Assembly: GCA_016212395.1 (NCBI GenBank)
Contig: JACRGF010000062.1
Span: 5,315-69,314, forward strand
Reading direction: 5' to 3'
DNA length: 64,000 bases
Source: Candidatus Micrarchaeota archaeon
Lineage (GTDB): Archaea; Micrarchaeota; Micrarchaeia; Burarchaeales; JACRGF01
Shown: in pieces, positions 27,153 to 36,400 of the stretch
Layout: the number at the start of each line of letters is the position of its first letter
Numbering within the stretch: the stretch's first letter is position 1
Notes under the pieces: model-generated
Database searches by the model: none
What the model saw: the letters and a program-made list of their open reading frames with translations, nothing else
Told to the model about the DNA's origin: nothing
Program-made: the position numbers and the translations under genes

Positions 27153-30100
27153 TTTTTCTTCAAGCCTGCCTTCCCGCGAGATGTGCTTCTGCTTCTTTTT
27201 TTCAACCATTTTCTACCCCTCTTCTCCCTGCCTTCGTTCAGCAATTCAAGCAACTTTTTCAAATTCTTCTTTATCTTCCTTCTATTCCCTTCCCCGCCAG
27301 GCGGCTTGCCTCCCAACGCGCGGACAAGAGCATTCACTTCTTCAACGCCCAGTTTTTTCTTCTTTTCCTTCTCTTCAGCTTTCCGTTCAACAACCTTAAT
27401 GCGCTTCAACTCCTTCAAAGAAATTTTCCTCGCAACCTTCCCCAGACGCACTACCTCGACTTGAACGCTCTCAACACGCTCGCAAACAAGCGTTTCCTGC
27501 TGAACGGAAAAACCAACATGCTGCTCCAACTCAAAACCAGACGCTTGAACAACAAACGCGTCGAGAGGAACGCAAGAATGAACAGACTCCGAAAGATTAG
27601 ACTGCAACGCACTTGCAACGCTTTCATTCAAAACAGCATTGCCACTCGAAACACCAACGCGTTCACTCAAAACAACTTCACTGCACGCAATATTGCTCGC
27701 GTGAACAGCCTCACTTGAAGCAACAAGAAACCCATGAACTACGGTTTCATTAGAAACAGCGACACTTTCACGCACTCCAACACGCGAAACACCAGCATCT
27801 TCACGCACGCCATTCTTCAAAAGTATTTCACCACTCGAAACACGCGCGCCAACGTTGGAATTCAAAACAACGTGCTCGTTCGCAGCACGAACGCCAGCAT
27901 GCACAGTCTTATCTCGCAAAACGTTTCCAACAGTTTCATGCACACGCTCACTCGAATTTGCAGCAACACACGCGCTAACAGCTTCACGCACGCCAGCGCT
28001 CAAAACAACATTTTCACTAACACGCGCGCCAACGTGCTCACGAACTCCGGCATGCAAAACATTTCCAACAATTTCACGCACTCCAGCACTCGAATGCACG
28101 CGCTCGTTCAAACGAGCACGCACGCCAGCATGCGAGACGTTGTTTCTAACACTCGATTCGACATTCTCGCGCAAGCGCACTTCACTTGAAACGCCAACTC
28201 CAATGCTTTCACGCACTCCGCAACGCAAACGATTGCTTTCGACCATTCCAGCGCGAACGCTCGTTCTGCTTCCAGCATGCAAACGCCCGCTTTCAACACT
28301 CACCCCAAAACTTGAATGCGCAGCCTCACTCAACGGAGTCTTCTCCTTGAACGCATTGGAAAAATAGATGGCTGATGAAACACCTGTTTCTTCTTTTCCA
28401 CCAGGCAACGCCTTCAACTTTTCCCCTGAAACTCCAGTTGCAGGCACGCTTCCGGAAACAAAACTGAGAACGCCCTCAACAAACGAAACAGCCCCGGAGA
28501 AAACGCTTGCACTCGAAGAAACAGGAGAAGCAGGAAACTGCTCCTTTGCCCCCTCGCCAGAACCGCGCGAATCGCTTGCGAACTCTTCAACATTTTTTTT
28601 GACAGTGAGAGACTCGCTTGAATGAATAACGCCTCCGGAAAATCTAGGAGCAGATCCGCTTGAAGAAAAATCTGCATCAAAGTAAGCAATGCTGCCAGTT
28701 GCTGATCCGAGTTCGTGAACTGCCCCAGTTCCTGAAACGCGCGCGAATAGGTTCACACCGCGCGACAATTTAGGGGTTGTGTTACGAAGCGACGGCGCGT
28801 GCGCGAATACAGAGAGGGATATGCTTAAACCCGCACCAAAATTTGAAGTTGAAACTATGAATACTTGGTTCGCATGCAATACGAAAAATTGAGGAGCCTG
28901 CTGCAGGGTTTGCGATGCGTGAGGAACTGCTTCGTTTCGCGCAAGCTGTTGACTTTGCTGCAAAATACTGGAAGCAGCAAGAGCAGTTATTCTTTTCAAA
29001 GCGTTTTCAGTAATGAATTCTTGAGGAATTTCTACACTGCGAATGCGTGAAAGGCGGTTTATGTCCACTGTTTTTTTCTCATAAGTCAACGACAATTCTT
29101 TTATTTTGTCAGCGCGCATATCCGCCAAGGATACGTATATTTTGATAACCTGGCCACCCACTTCAATTAAAACATACGGCAAGCCATCGTCTATGCGACC
29201 CTGCCATCCAGCTGCAGAACGAAGCGATGCGATCTGCTCTTTTACCCCTGGAGCGTTATGGCTATTTGTAAACGTGATCCAATTGTCATGGTAGAGCTTT
29301 CTAAAAAAACTCCAGACAGCAGTCTCAAGCACATGATTGATGTCAACTATCCAGCTTTCAGAAGTAAAATTCATGCCTTTCAAGCGGGCGCGCTTGACGT
29401 GAAAAGCAGACACCAATATCGCATCCTGAGTAGAATAGCCTCTGCCTTTCGGAGTATATGAAACAGTCTTGCCAACAGACATTTTTTTAGTATCATCATA
29501 AACAGGTATTGCCATCCCGTGCAAATCGTGCCGTTCGACAAATGCATCCCGCACGCGTGCATCAACTTTTTCAAGCACAGTGTTCATCGACTTCAAGATA
29601 AAAATATTTTCAAGCTGAGAATGAAGCCCCATCGTAGCTTCAAGAAAAGGTTCAGTCTTGTCAGGTTCTGCAGATAATTGCCCCAGTTGAAAAGCGATTA
29701 TATCATCCGCGTTATGTTCACCCATGACTTTAAGCGATTGAAACAGCAAAAGGTGCGCACACCGCCCGCCAGCCCCGCCACCATACTTTTTCATGAACCC
29801 CCAAGCCAAAGGATCATGCGTTTCAGCAAGACTGCGGATTAAAGAACTGGTTTCTTCTTTAGAAACACCATCAAAAAAACTGTGAATAGCCCTTGCCACA
29901 GATAGACGCGCCAACCATCCCCCGCCTTCATATCGCTTGAGATAGTCTGCAAAAACACGAGTTTGATTCAAGTGCCTCTGCTGAAAATCTGCTTGAGTAC
30001 CACCCCGCCGCTGCCGCTCTACGAGGGTTTGCCCTTGCGTTTGCTGTGCTTGCCTCGCGCTGGGCGTCGCTTGTGCTAGAACTTGAACTGTCTCATCACT

Positions 30101-30154
30101 CATTGTTCTTTCAACTCCCGCGCCAAGAATTCTATTTAAAAGAGTTATAAACAT
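27149..30154 (-). CDS. 1001-aa hypothetical protein: unknown N-terminal domain, degenerate Val/Arg/Glu repeat region, Lys/Arg-rich tail
   Basis: Long uninterrupted ORF. Repeats such as HAGVRARLNERVHSSAGVREIVGNVLHAGVREHVGARVSENVVLSAGVREAV. C-terminal KAEEKEKKKKL...RKIKKNLKK...KKRSRSTSRGKAGLKKK. Confidence 0.6.
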   Translation of the reverse strand: MFITLLNRILGAGVERTMSDETVQVLAQATPSARQAQQTQGQTLVERQRRGGTQADFQQRHLNQTRVFADYLKRYEGGGWLARLSVARAIHSFFDGVSKEETSSLIRSLAETHDPLAWGFMKKYGGGAGGRCAHLLLFQSLKVMGEHNADDIIAFQLGQLSAEPDKTEPFLEATMGLHSQLENIFILKSMNTVLEKVDARVRDAFVERHDLHGMAIPVYDDTKKMSVGKTVSYTPKGRGYSTQDAILVSAFHVKRARLKGMNFTSESWIVDINHVLETAVWSFFRKLYHDNWITFTNSHNAPGVKEQIASLRSAAGWQGRIDDGLPYVLIEVGGQVIKIYVSLADMRADKIKELSLTYEKKTVDINRLSRIRSVEIPQEFITENALKRITALAASSILQQSQQLARNEAVPHASQTLQQAPQFFVLHANQVFIVSTSNFGAGLSISLSVFAHAPSLRNTTPKLSRGVNLFARVSGTGAVHELGSATGSIAYFDADFSSSGSAPRFSGGVIHSSESLTVKKNVEEFASDSRGSGEGAKEQFPASPVSSSASVFSGAVSFVEGVLSFVSGSVPATGVSGEKLKALPGGKEETGVSSAIYFSNAFKEKTPLSEAAHSSFGVSVESGRLHAGSRTSVRAGMVESNRLRCGVRESIGVGVSSEVRLRENVESSVRNNVSHAGVRARLNERVHSSAGVREIVGNVLHAGVREHVGARVSENVVLSAGVREAVSACVAANSSERVHETVGNVLRDKTVHAGVRAANEHVVLNSNVGARVSSGEILLKNGVREDAGVSRVGVRESVAVSNETVVHGFLVASSEAVHASNIACSEVVLSERVGVSSGNAVLNESVASALQSNLSESVHSCVPLDAFVVQASGFELEQHVGFSVQQETLVCERVESVQVEVVRLGKVARKISLKELKRIKVVERKAEEKEKKKKLGVEEVNALVRALGGKPPGGEGNRRKIKKNLKKLLELLNEGREKRGRKWLKKRSRSTSRGKAGLKKK

Positions 30155-30174
30155 TTCCCGCTCGCGAGAAAAAA

Positions 30175-30696
30175 TTATTCAGAAAACTTTTTCCCGCGCG
30201 AACTCGGGATTAGTTTCAGCTTCGCGCCTTCAAACTTCTTCTCCAACTCTTTCCCCTCGAAAAACTCGTGCAGGAAAACGGCAAGCGCGGCAACCTCAGA
30301 GTGAGGCTGGGAAGTGACTGAAACGTTATAGTCAGCAAGCTCGTAAACTTCGCGCGGAACTTTCTCAGCGCCAACAACAACAAGAACATCCTTCGAAGCG
30401 CGAACAGCACTGACAACGTCCTGCACGCGCTCGCCGTACATCGTCAAGTGGACAATCAAATGCTTTTTCTTCTTCGCGCCAAGCAGAATCTTCCGCCAGT
30501 TTTTGTCAAACTTCACCGAAAAGTCTCCGCCCCACTTTAAAACAATCTTCTCAACACTCGAAACAGCCTCGCCGGCATTCTCTCCGCTAACGACAACCTC
30601 ATCAGCACCAAACGCGCGCGCAACCAAACAAACGTGAGTAGTAATCCGCCTGTCACGCTCGCTCCTGTGCCCAAGCCTCAAAACACGCACAACCAT
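30175..30696 (-). CDS. trm56: tRNA (cytidine56-2'-O)-methyltransferase (aTrm56, SPOUT)
   Basis: VRVLRLGHRSERDRRITTHVCLVARAFGADEVVV. About 173 aa from the internal ATG. Confidence 0.8.
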   Translation of the reverse strand: MVVRVLRLGHRSERDRRITTHVCLVARAFGADEVVVSGENAGEAVSSVEKIVLKWGGDFSVKFDKNWRKILLGAKKKKHLIVHLTMYGERVQDVVSAVRASKDVLVVVGAEKVPREVYELADYNVSVTSQPHSEVAALAVFLHEFFEGKELEKKFEGAKLKLIPSSRGKKFSE

Positions 30697-30875
30697 GAGA
30701 TAAACAAACACAACACAAGAATAAAAAAACAACCCTCAACGCCACTCGCACGAACACGCAAACAAAACACGCTCGGATACATCAACGCGCACGGCTATTA
30801 CTGCTATGAATAAAAACCCTCGCGCGCATAAAAATAGACGTCTACTCATACGAACACAAAAGAAAAAACACGTAT

Positions 30876-31010
30876 GGGCCCGTAGCTCAGCTTGGCTAGA
30901 GCGGCTGACTCTTAACAGTATTCAAGTTTTCAGTTCTCAGTTTTGAAGGCTTGACAAGTTTTGCTTTGAGTGAAATCAGTAGGTCGCGCGTTCAAATCGC
31001 GCCGGGCCCG
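30876..31010 (+). tRNA. tRNA-Lys (CUU) with a ~60-nt intron after position 37
   Basis: GGGCCCG-TA-GCTC-AGCTTGGCTA-GAGC-G-GCTGA-CTCTTA. Intron about 30915-30974. Then A-TCAGT-AGGTC-GCGCG-TTCAAAT-CGCGC-CGGGCCC-G. Anticodon CTT at 30911-30913. Confidence 0.85.
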
Positions 31011-31237
31011 TCTCTTTTTTTGGTTTTCAGTTTTGAGGTTTAGAAGTTTTGACTTGCTTTTTCTCTTTTTTTCTCTTTAAGGGAAAAACCCGCTGAAAAT
31101 GCGTGAAACGCAAATTACTATGAGAGTATGTATAATGAATCTGAGAAAAATTTAAATATCCTGACCAGTAAAATGCTTCTCATAGGCCAGTTTTGAAGAG
31201 GAAAAAAAATCGCTGCAAAAAAAGCGGGGGTTGTCTG

Positions 31238-31783
31238 ATGTCGAAGAAGCGCTCCAAGAACGCAGGTTATTCTGGAGTGTTGGCGAGCAGGGCAGTTAGA
31301 GAGTTTCTGATGGAAGCCGCAGGCGAGCGTGCGCTTCAAGTTGTTTCAGAAATGACAGAACCGATGAGCGACGACGACTTGGCGAGCGTGTGCAAAACGA
31401 AAGTAAGCGAAGTGCGGTCAGTCCTGAACAAGCTCCACAACTACGGCCTTGCAGACTACATTCGAACGCGGGACAAGGACAGCGGGTGGTACTCGTACAC
31501 ATGGTACACGCGCTTGGACAAAGTAAAAGAAGCAGTGACGAACAAGTGGCAGGAGGAAGTGAACAGCATAGAAAAAAGGCTGTGTGAGGAAAGCACTGAA
31601 CTGTTCGAATGCAAGAGGTGCAAGAAAAAACCGAAAATGGCTTTCGAACTCGCGTCAGAAGTAATGTTCAGGTGCAACGCATGCAACGCAAAACTCAAGC
31701 TGGTCAACAACCAAAAAACAGTGAAAGAACTCACTGAAAAAAGAGACAGGCTCGCAAGAAACCCGCCACTGCCGGAAGAATAA
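31238..31783 (+). CDS. tfe: Transcription factor E (TFE, TFIIE-alpha homologue)
   Basis: wHTH region DDDLASVCKTKVSEVRSVLNKLHNYGLADYIRTRDKDSGWYSYTW. Zinc ribbon CKRCKKK...CNACNAKL. The start among several ATGs is uncertain. Confidence 0.8.
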   Translation: MSKKRSKNAGYSGVLASRAVREFLMEAAGERALQVVSEMTEPMSDDDLASVCKTKVSEVRSVLNKLHNYGLADYIRTRDKDSGWYSYTWYTRLDKVKEAVTNKWQEEVNSIEKRLCEESTELFECKRCKKKPKMAFELASEVMFRCNACNAKLKLVNNQKTVKELTEKRDRLARNPPLPEE

Positions 31784-31948
31784 AAGAAACGCGCTCGCTT
31801 TCAACACACGAAAAAAAATAAGGCAAACACGCGCGTTATGCTTTTTTCCGTTCTCGTTTTTTCGTTCTATTTCTTGCTTTCATTTTTTGCACGAGATGGC
31901 AAGCATTGCTTTTATGCGAATGTCGTTTGCGCGAATTTTTTCTGATTT

Positions 31949-32470
31949 TCAACTTCCAGCCAGCAACGCGGCGATAGCCTGCCCGAACTTTCTCGCAGCC
32001 TGAGGCCCGTTCGCAGTAACAATCTTGCCGTCAACCACTACGCTGTCAAGAGAACAAACAGCCTTCGCCTGCTTCAGCGCCTGCTCAGTCTCTGCATCAG
32101 GGTAAAACGTCGCTTTTTTTCCAGCAACGACTCCAGCGCTTGCGAGAATGCGCGGGGCAATGCAAATCGCGCAGACGAGCTTTCCAGCAGAAGCAAAACC
32201 GCGCGCAAGCGAAAGAACCTCCGCATTCTCGTACAGCTTCGACTCGCGCACCCCGCTCCCGCCAACGAAAACTATCGCGTCAAAAACCCGAAGCTGAACC
32301 TCATCCAAAGAAACGTCAACAACCGTTTTCTTGAAGTAACCAACAGCCTCGCCTTTCTTCAAGCTCGCGACAACGCAAGTGCAGCCTGCCTTTTCAAGCT
32401 CCTCGCGAGCGTGAAACAACTCTTCATCACGAAAATTCTTCTGGGCAACAACAAACAACACGCTCGCCAT
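31949..32470 (-). CDS. DJ-1/PfpI family protein
   Basis: VFVGGSG... nucleophile-elbow Cys in KLVCAICIAPRILASAG. 173 aa. Confidence 0.8.
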   Translation of the reverse strand: MASVLFVVAQKNFRDEELFHAREELEKAGCTCVVASLKKGEAVGYFKKTVVDVSLDEVQLRVFDAIVFVGGSGVRESKLYENAEVLSLARGFASAGKLVCAICIAPRILASAGVVAGKKATFYPDAETEQALKQAKAVCSLDSVVVDGKIVTANGPQAARKFGQAIAALLAGS

Positions 32471-32651
32471 GAAACACGCCTCTTGCTGAAAAAATGAGTG
32501 TGAAAATACCTTTAAATACCCATACGCTCATAACGCTATTCGCGACTAACGGTTTTACTGTTAACAAGCTATAGCTTATTTTCGTTTTTTATTTTTTCAA
32601 ATGAGAATAAGCCAGATTTGGGCTGAAGTGTTTTTTGGAAGGTGATTTTGA

Positions 32652-33281
32652 ATGAACGCTGACGACGTGAAAAAAGGGACGACTACAGTAGGGCTCACGT
32701 GCTCGGACGGAGTCGTGTTCGCGACAGACCGGCGCGCTTCAATGGGCTACTTTATAGCAAGCAAGGAAGCAAAAAAAATGTTTCTCATAGACGACCACAT
32801 TGCAATAACAGTAGCAGGAATGGTCGCAGACGCGCAAGCACTCGCGCGCATAATGAAAGCAGAAGCACAATTGTACAAGCTCCAGAAAGGCAAGCCGATA
32901 AACGTCGAAGCAGCATGCTCGCTCATGTCCAACATCATGCACCAATACAAGTGGTACCCGTTCCTAGTCCAAATAATAATCGGCGGGCTGGATGAAAAGC
33001 CGAGGATTTTCACGCTTGACGCAGTAGGCGGAGTGACTGAAGAACGATTCGTCTCGACAGGAAGCGGGTCGCCCATGGTCTACGGATTGCTTGAAGAAGC
33101 ATTCAAGGAAGGCAAGCCAGTCAAGGAAAACTTGAAGCTCGCAGTCAAGTGCGTCGCAACAGCAATGAAAAGAGACTGCGCGAGCGGAGACGGCATAGAC
33201 TTGATTTCTATAACAAAACAAGGCCCGAAACAATACTCCGACGACGAAATAAAAAAGATTCTGGAAGACAAAAGCCATTGA
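32652..33281 (+). CDS. psmB: Proteasome subunit beta
   Basis: Propeptide MNADDVKKG followed by the catalytic Thr in TTTVGLTCSDGVVFATDRRASMG. Confidence 0.9.
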   Translation: MNADDVKKGTTTVGLTCSDGVVFATDRRASMGYFIASKEAKKMFLIDDHIAITVAGMVADAQALARIMKAEAQLYKLQKGKPINVEAACSLMSNIMHQYKWYPFLVQIIIGGLDEKPRIFTLDAVGGVTEERFVSTGSGSPMVYGLLEEAFKEGKPVKENLKLAVKCVATAMKRDCASGDGIDLISITKQGPKQYSDDEIKKILEDKSH

Positions 33282-33334
33282 AACGCGTTTGCATCGAACA
33301 AAAATTTCTCCTGTTTTGAACGCTTATCATAAAG

Positions 33335-33466
33335 GCTATAGCAAACCACGAAAGTAATGCGACAAAAGTCCAATAACTCCGTCTCGTGGTTTGCTTTGAG
33401 TCGACTGCTCAACAACGCGAGGCGTTGTTGAAGTTGCAAACCGCATTACTTATGCGGTTTACAGTA
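33335..33466. repeat. Copy 1 of a ~130-nt three-hairpin repeat element; overlaps the aCPSF1 start codon
   Basis: gcaaaccacga...tcgtggtttgc (11 bp), caacaacgc-gag-gcgttgttg (9 bp), aaaccgcat-tactt-atgcggttt. Near-identical to 46168-46363 apart from a 64-nt insert in the latter. Confidence 0.85.
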
Positions 33467-36400
33467 AAAGAGGTTACAGAGGTTTTAAAGTTGGCTAACA
33501 ACGACATTAATGAAATACAAAAAAAACTCGAAGAAGTCCTGCCCCCAGCATGCGAACTAAGCAAAGTAGAGTTTGAAGGCCCGGACGTTGCAATCTACCT
33601 GAAAAACATCACTGCATTCTACTCAGACGAAAACCTCATAAGAAAAATAGCGAGCAGCCTCAGAAAACGCGTGCTCGTGCGCGCAGACGGAAGCACGCTC
33701 GTGCCGCAGGAAAAGGCGAGAAAGGAAGTGGAAGCGCTAATTCCAGTGGAAGCAGGAGTGCAAAACATCCAGTTCATGGAAGACTTCTGCGAAGTCGCCA
33801 TTGAATCCCTCAAGCCAGGGCTCGTGATTGGAAAGCAGGGAAGCACGCTCAAAAACATTATTCTCAAAACAGGCTGGAGCCCGAAAATACTGAGGACTCC
33901 GACGATGCCATCTGAAACAATCAAAGGAATAAGAGGAAGCCTCTACAAAGAGAGCGAAAACAGGAAAAAATTCCTCAACGCGCTGGGAAAAAAGATTTCA
34001 ACAGCCTCAAGCAAAAGCGATTGGGTGAAAGTAACAGCACTCGGAGGATTCCGCGAAGTCGGGAGAAGCTGCCTCCTCGTGCAAACTCCGAACGACAAAA
34101 TCCTCATAGACTGCGGAGTAAACCCTGAAACGAACGAGGGAACGCGCGCATTCCCGTACTTGACTGCAATGAACATTCCGCTCGACGAACTCGACGCAGT
34201 AATAGTAACCCACGCGCACTTGGACCATTGCCTTGAACCGGACACGCTCGTTGCAATGGCTGACGGCACTTCGAAACCAATTGACGAAGTTGTTGAAGGA
34301 GACGTGCTCGCGAGCGTGGACTTGAAAACCGGGCGCATGGCAGAAGGCAAATGCACTGGCAAGATAAGAACGCGCGCGCACGAGTCGATTGTGGAAATAA
34401 GAACGGAGAACGAAACTCTCCGCGCTTCGCCGAACCACCGCTTTTTCGTAGTTGAAGGCATGCAATTCAAGGAAATCGAGGCGGACAGCCTTAAGCAAGG
34501 AGACGTGGTTGCTGTTCCATGCATCGAACACGCGAGCTTGCCGGCAGCACGACTTCTTGAAAAGCCGAATTACGAAGAGATTGTGGAAATTCCATTTGAA
34601 TTAAAAAAAGCCATTGGCAGTTTCAGATCAGAAAGAGGGTTATCCTCACAGCAAATGTCGACGTTGATAAACAGGTCTGGAAATTACGTACAACAGCTGG
34701 AAACAATGCATGACCACGCAAACACAACAACGCTGAAGCAACTTGCGGAAATAACGGGCGTTGACAAAACAATGGTGAAAGAAACGATTTTCCCTGTAGA
34801 ACTCAACCCAGAGCTCGCCCAAATCGCAGGGTACGTGACAGGAGACGGCCACGCTTCAAGCGATTATTCAGTGCGAGCCACTGACAAAAACGTTGAATGC
34901 CTGGAAGAATACAAAAACGCAGTAATGCACGTGTTCAGCCACAAGGCAGTTATACGCCATCACCCAGACCGCACTAAAAACGCCCACGTGCTTGAAGTGA
35001 ATAATGCAGGCATAAAGCGGTTCCTGGAACTGAACTTTGAAGGCATTTTCGCGCCAAGCAACGAAAAGAGAGTGCCGAGAAAAATATTATCAGCAGAAAA
35101 AGCAGTTATAGCAGCCTACTTGAGAGGGCTTGCAGACGCAGAGGGAAGCGTTACCACCCACATCAAAATCGCGTCGTCAAGCAACAAACTCTTAGAACAA
35201 GCGCAAACGCTTTTCAGAATGCTTGGAATAACCGCAACAATTGCAGACAACGTCGTAAAAATAGAAGCAAAGGCAAGCATGAAACGCTATGCTGAACTCG
35301 TCGGCTTTTCGCATCCTTTGAAGGCAGCCAAGCTGGCTGAAATGACGCGCAGCCAAACAGCAGGAGAAGAAAGAGAAATCACGCCGATAAACGCCGAAGA
35401 CGCGCGCAGCATGCTCACTGAATGCGGATTCATAAGCAGAGCGCGCAGGACAGGCGGAAGCATGAAATCACTGCCTCCTGCAATCCACGAACTCTGCTAT
35501 TACGGAAAACACGCGACAAGAAAAACCGCAATGCAACTCGCACAAACGCTTGAATCCAAGGCGAAAACAGCCGAAAGCGCCCGCAAGCAAGCAAGCCTTA
35601 AAGAAAAAAGGCGTGCGGCAGGGCTTACAATAGCAGAAGTGTGCGAGAGTGCAAGATGCACGCGAGTTCAAGCATGGTACAGGGAAAAAGAAAACCTGAA
35701 AGACAAACTTTGGGAAAAACTGAACGCCTTTCTCGACTCTGCACTCGAAAAAAAAGCAGCCAAATGCAAGGAAACAGCTGAAAAAATCAAGCGCCTGCTC
35801 GCCATGCCAATCAAGTGGCACGCCATAAAAAAAATCGAAAAAAAACAAAACGACTGTGACTATCTCGTCGACATTGAAGTCGAGCCACACCATAATTTCA
35901 TCGCAAACGGGCTCATGGTTCACAACAGCGGCTTCATTCCATACTTGTACGCCTACGGTTACGACGGGCCAGTCTACTGCACTGCGCCAACGCGCGACTT
36001 GATGGCATTGCTTCAATTCGATTATATTGAAGTAGTAAGCAAGAGCGGAGGCAAAGCGCCTTACAACGAAAAACACGTGCGCAAAATGCTGAACAGGTGC
36101 GTAGTCCGCGAGTACGAGGAAGTGACGGACATCACTCCGGAAACAAAACTCACGCTTCACAACGCAGGCCACATTCTCGGAAGCTCGATGGTGCACCTGC
36201 ACATAAGCGAAGGCCTCCACAACCTCGTAATAAGCGGAGACATAAAATACGGGTACACGCAACTATTCGAGCCTGCGAACACGAAATTCCCGAGAATAGA
36301 AACTTTATTCATGGAAAGCACTTACGGAGGCAGGGAAGACATAATGCCACAGCGCCATGAGACAGACTCGCGCCTCGCAGCAGCAATAATGCAAACGCTT

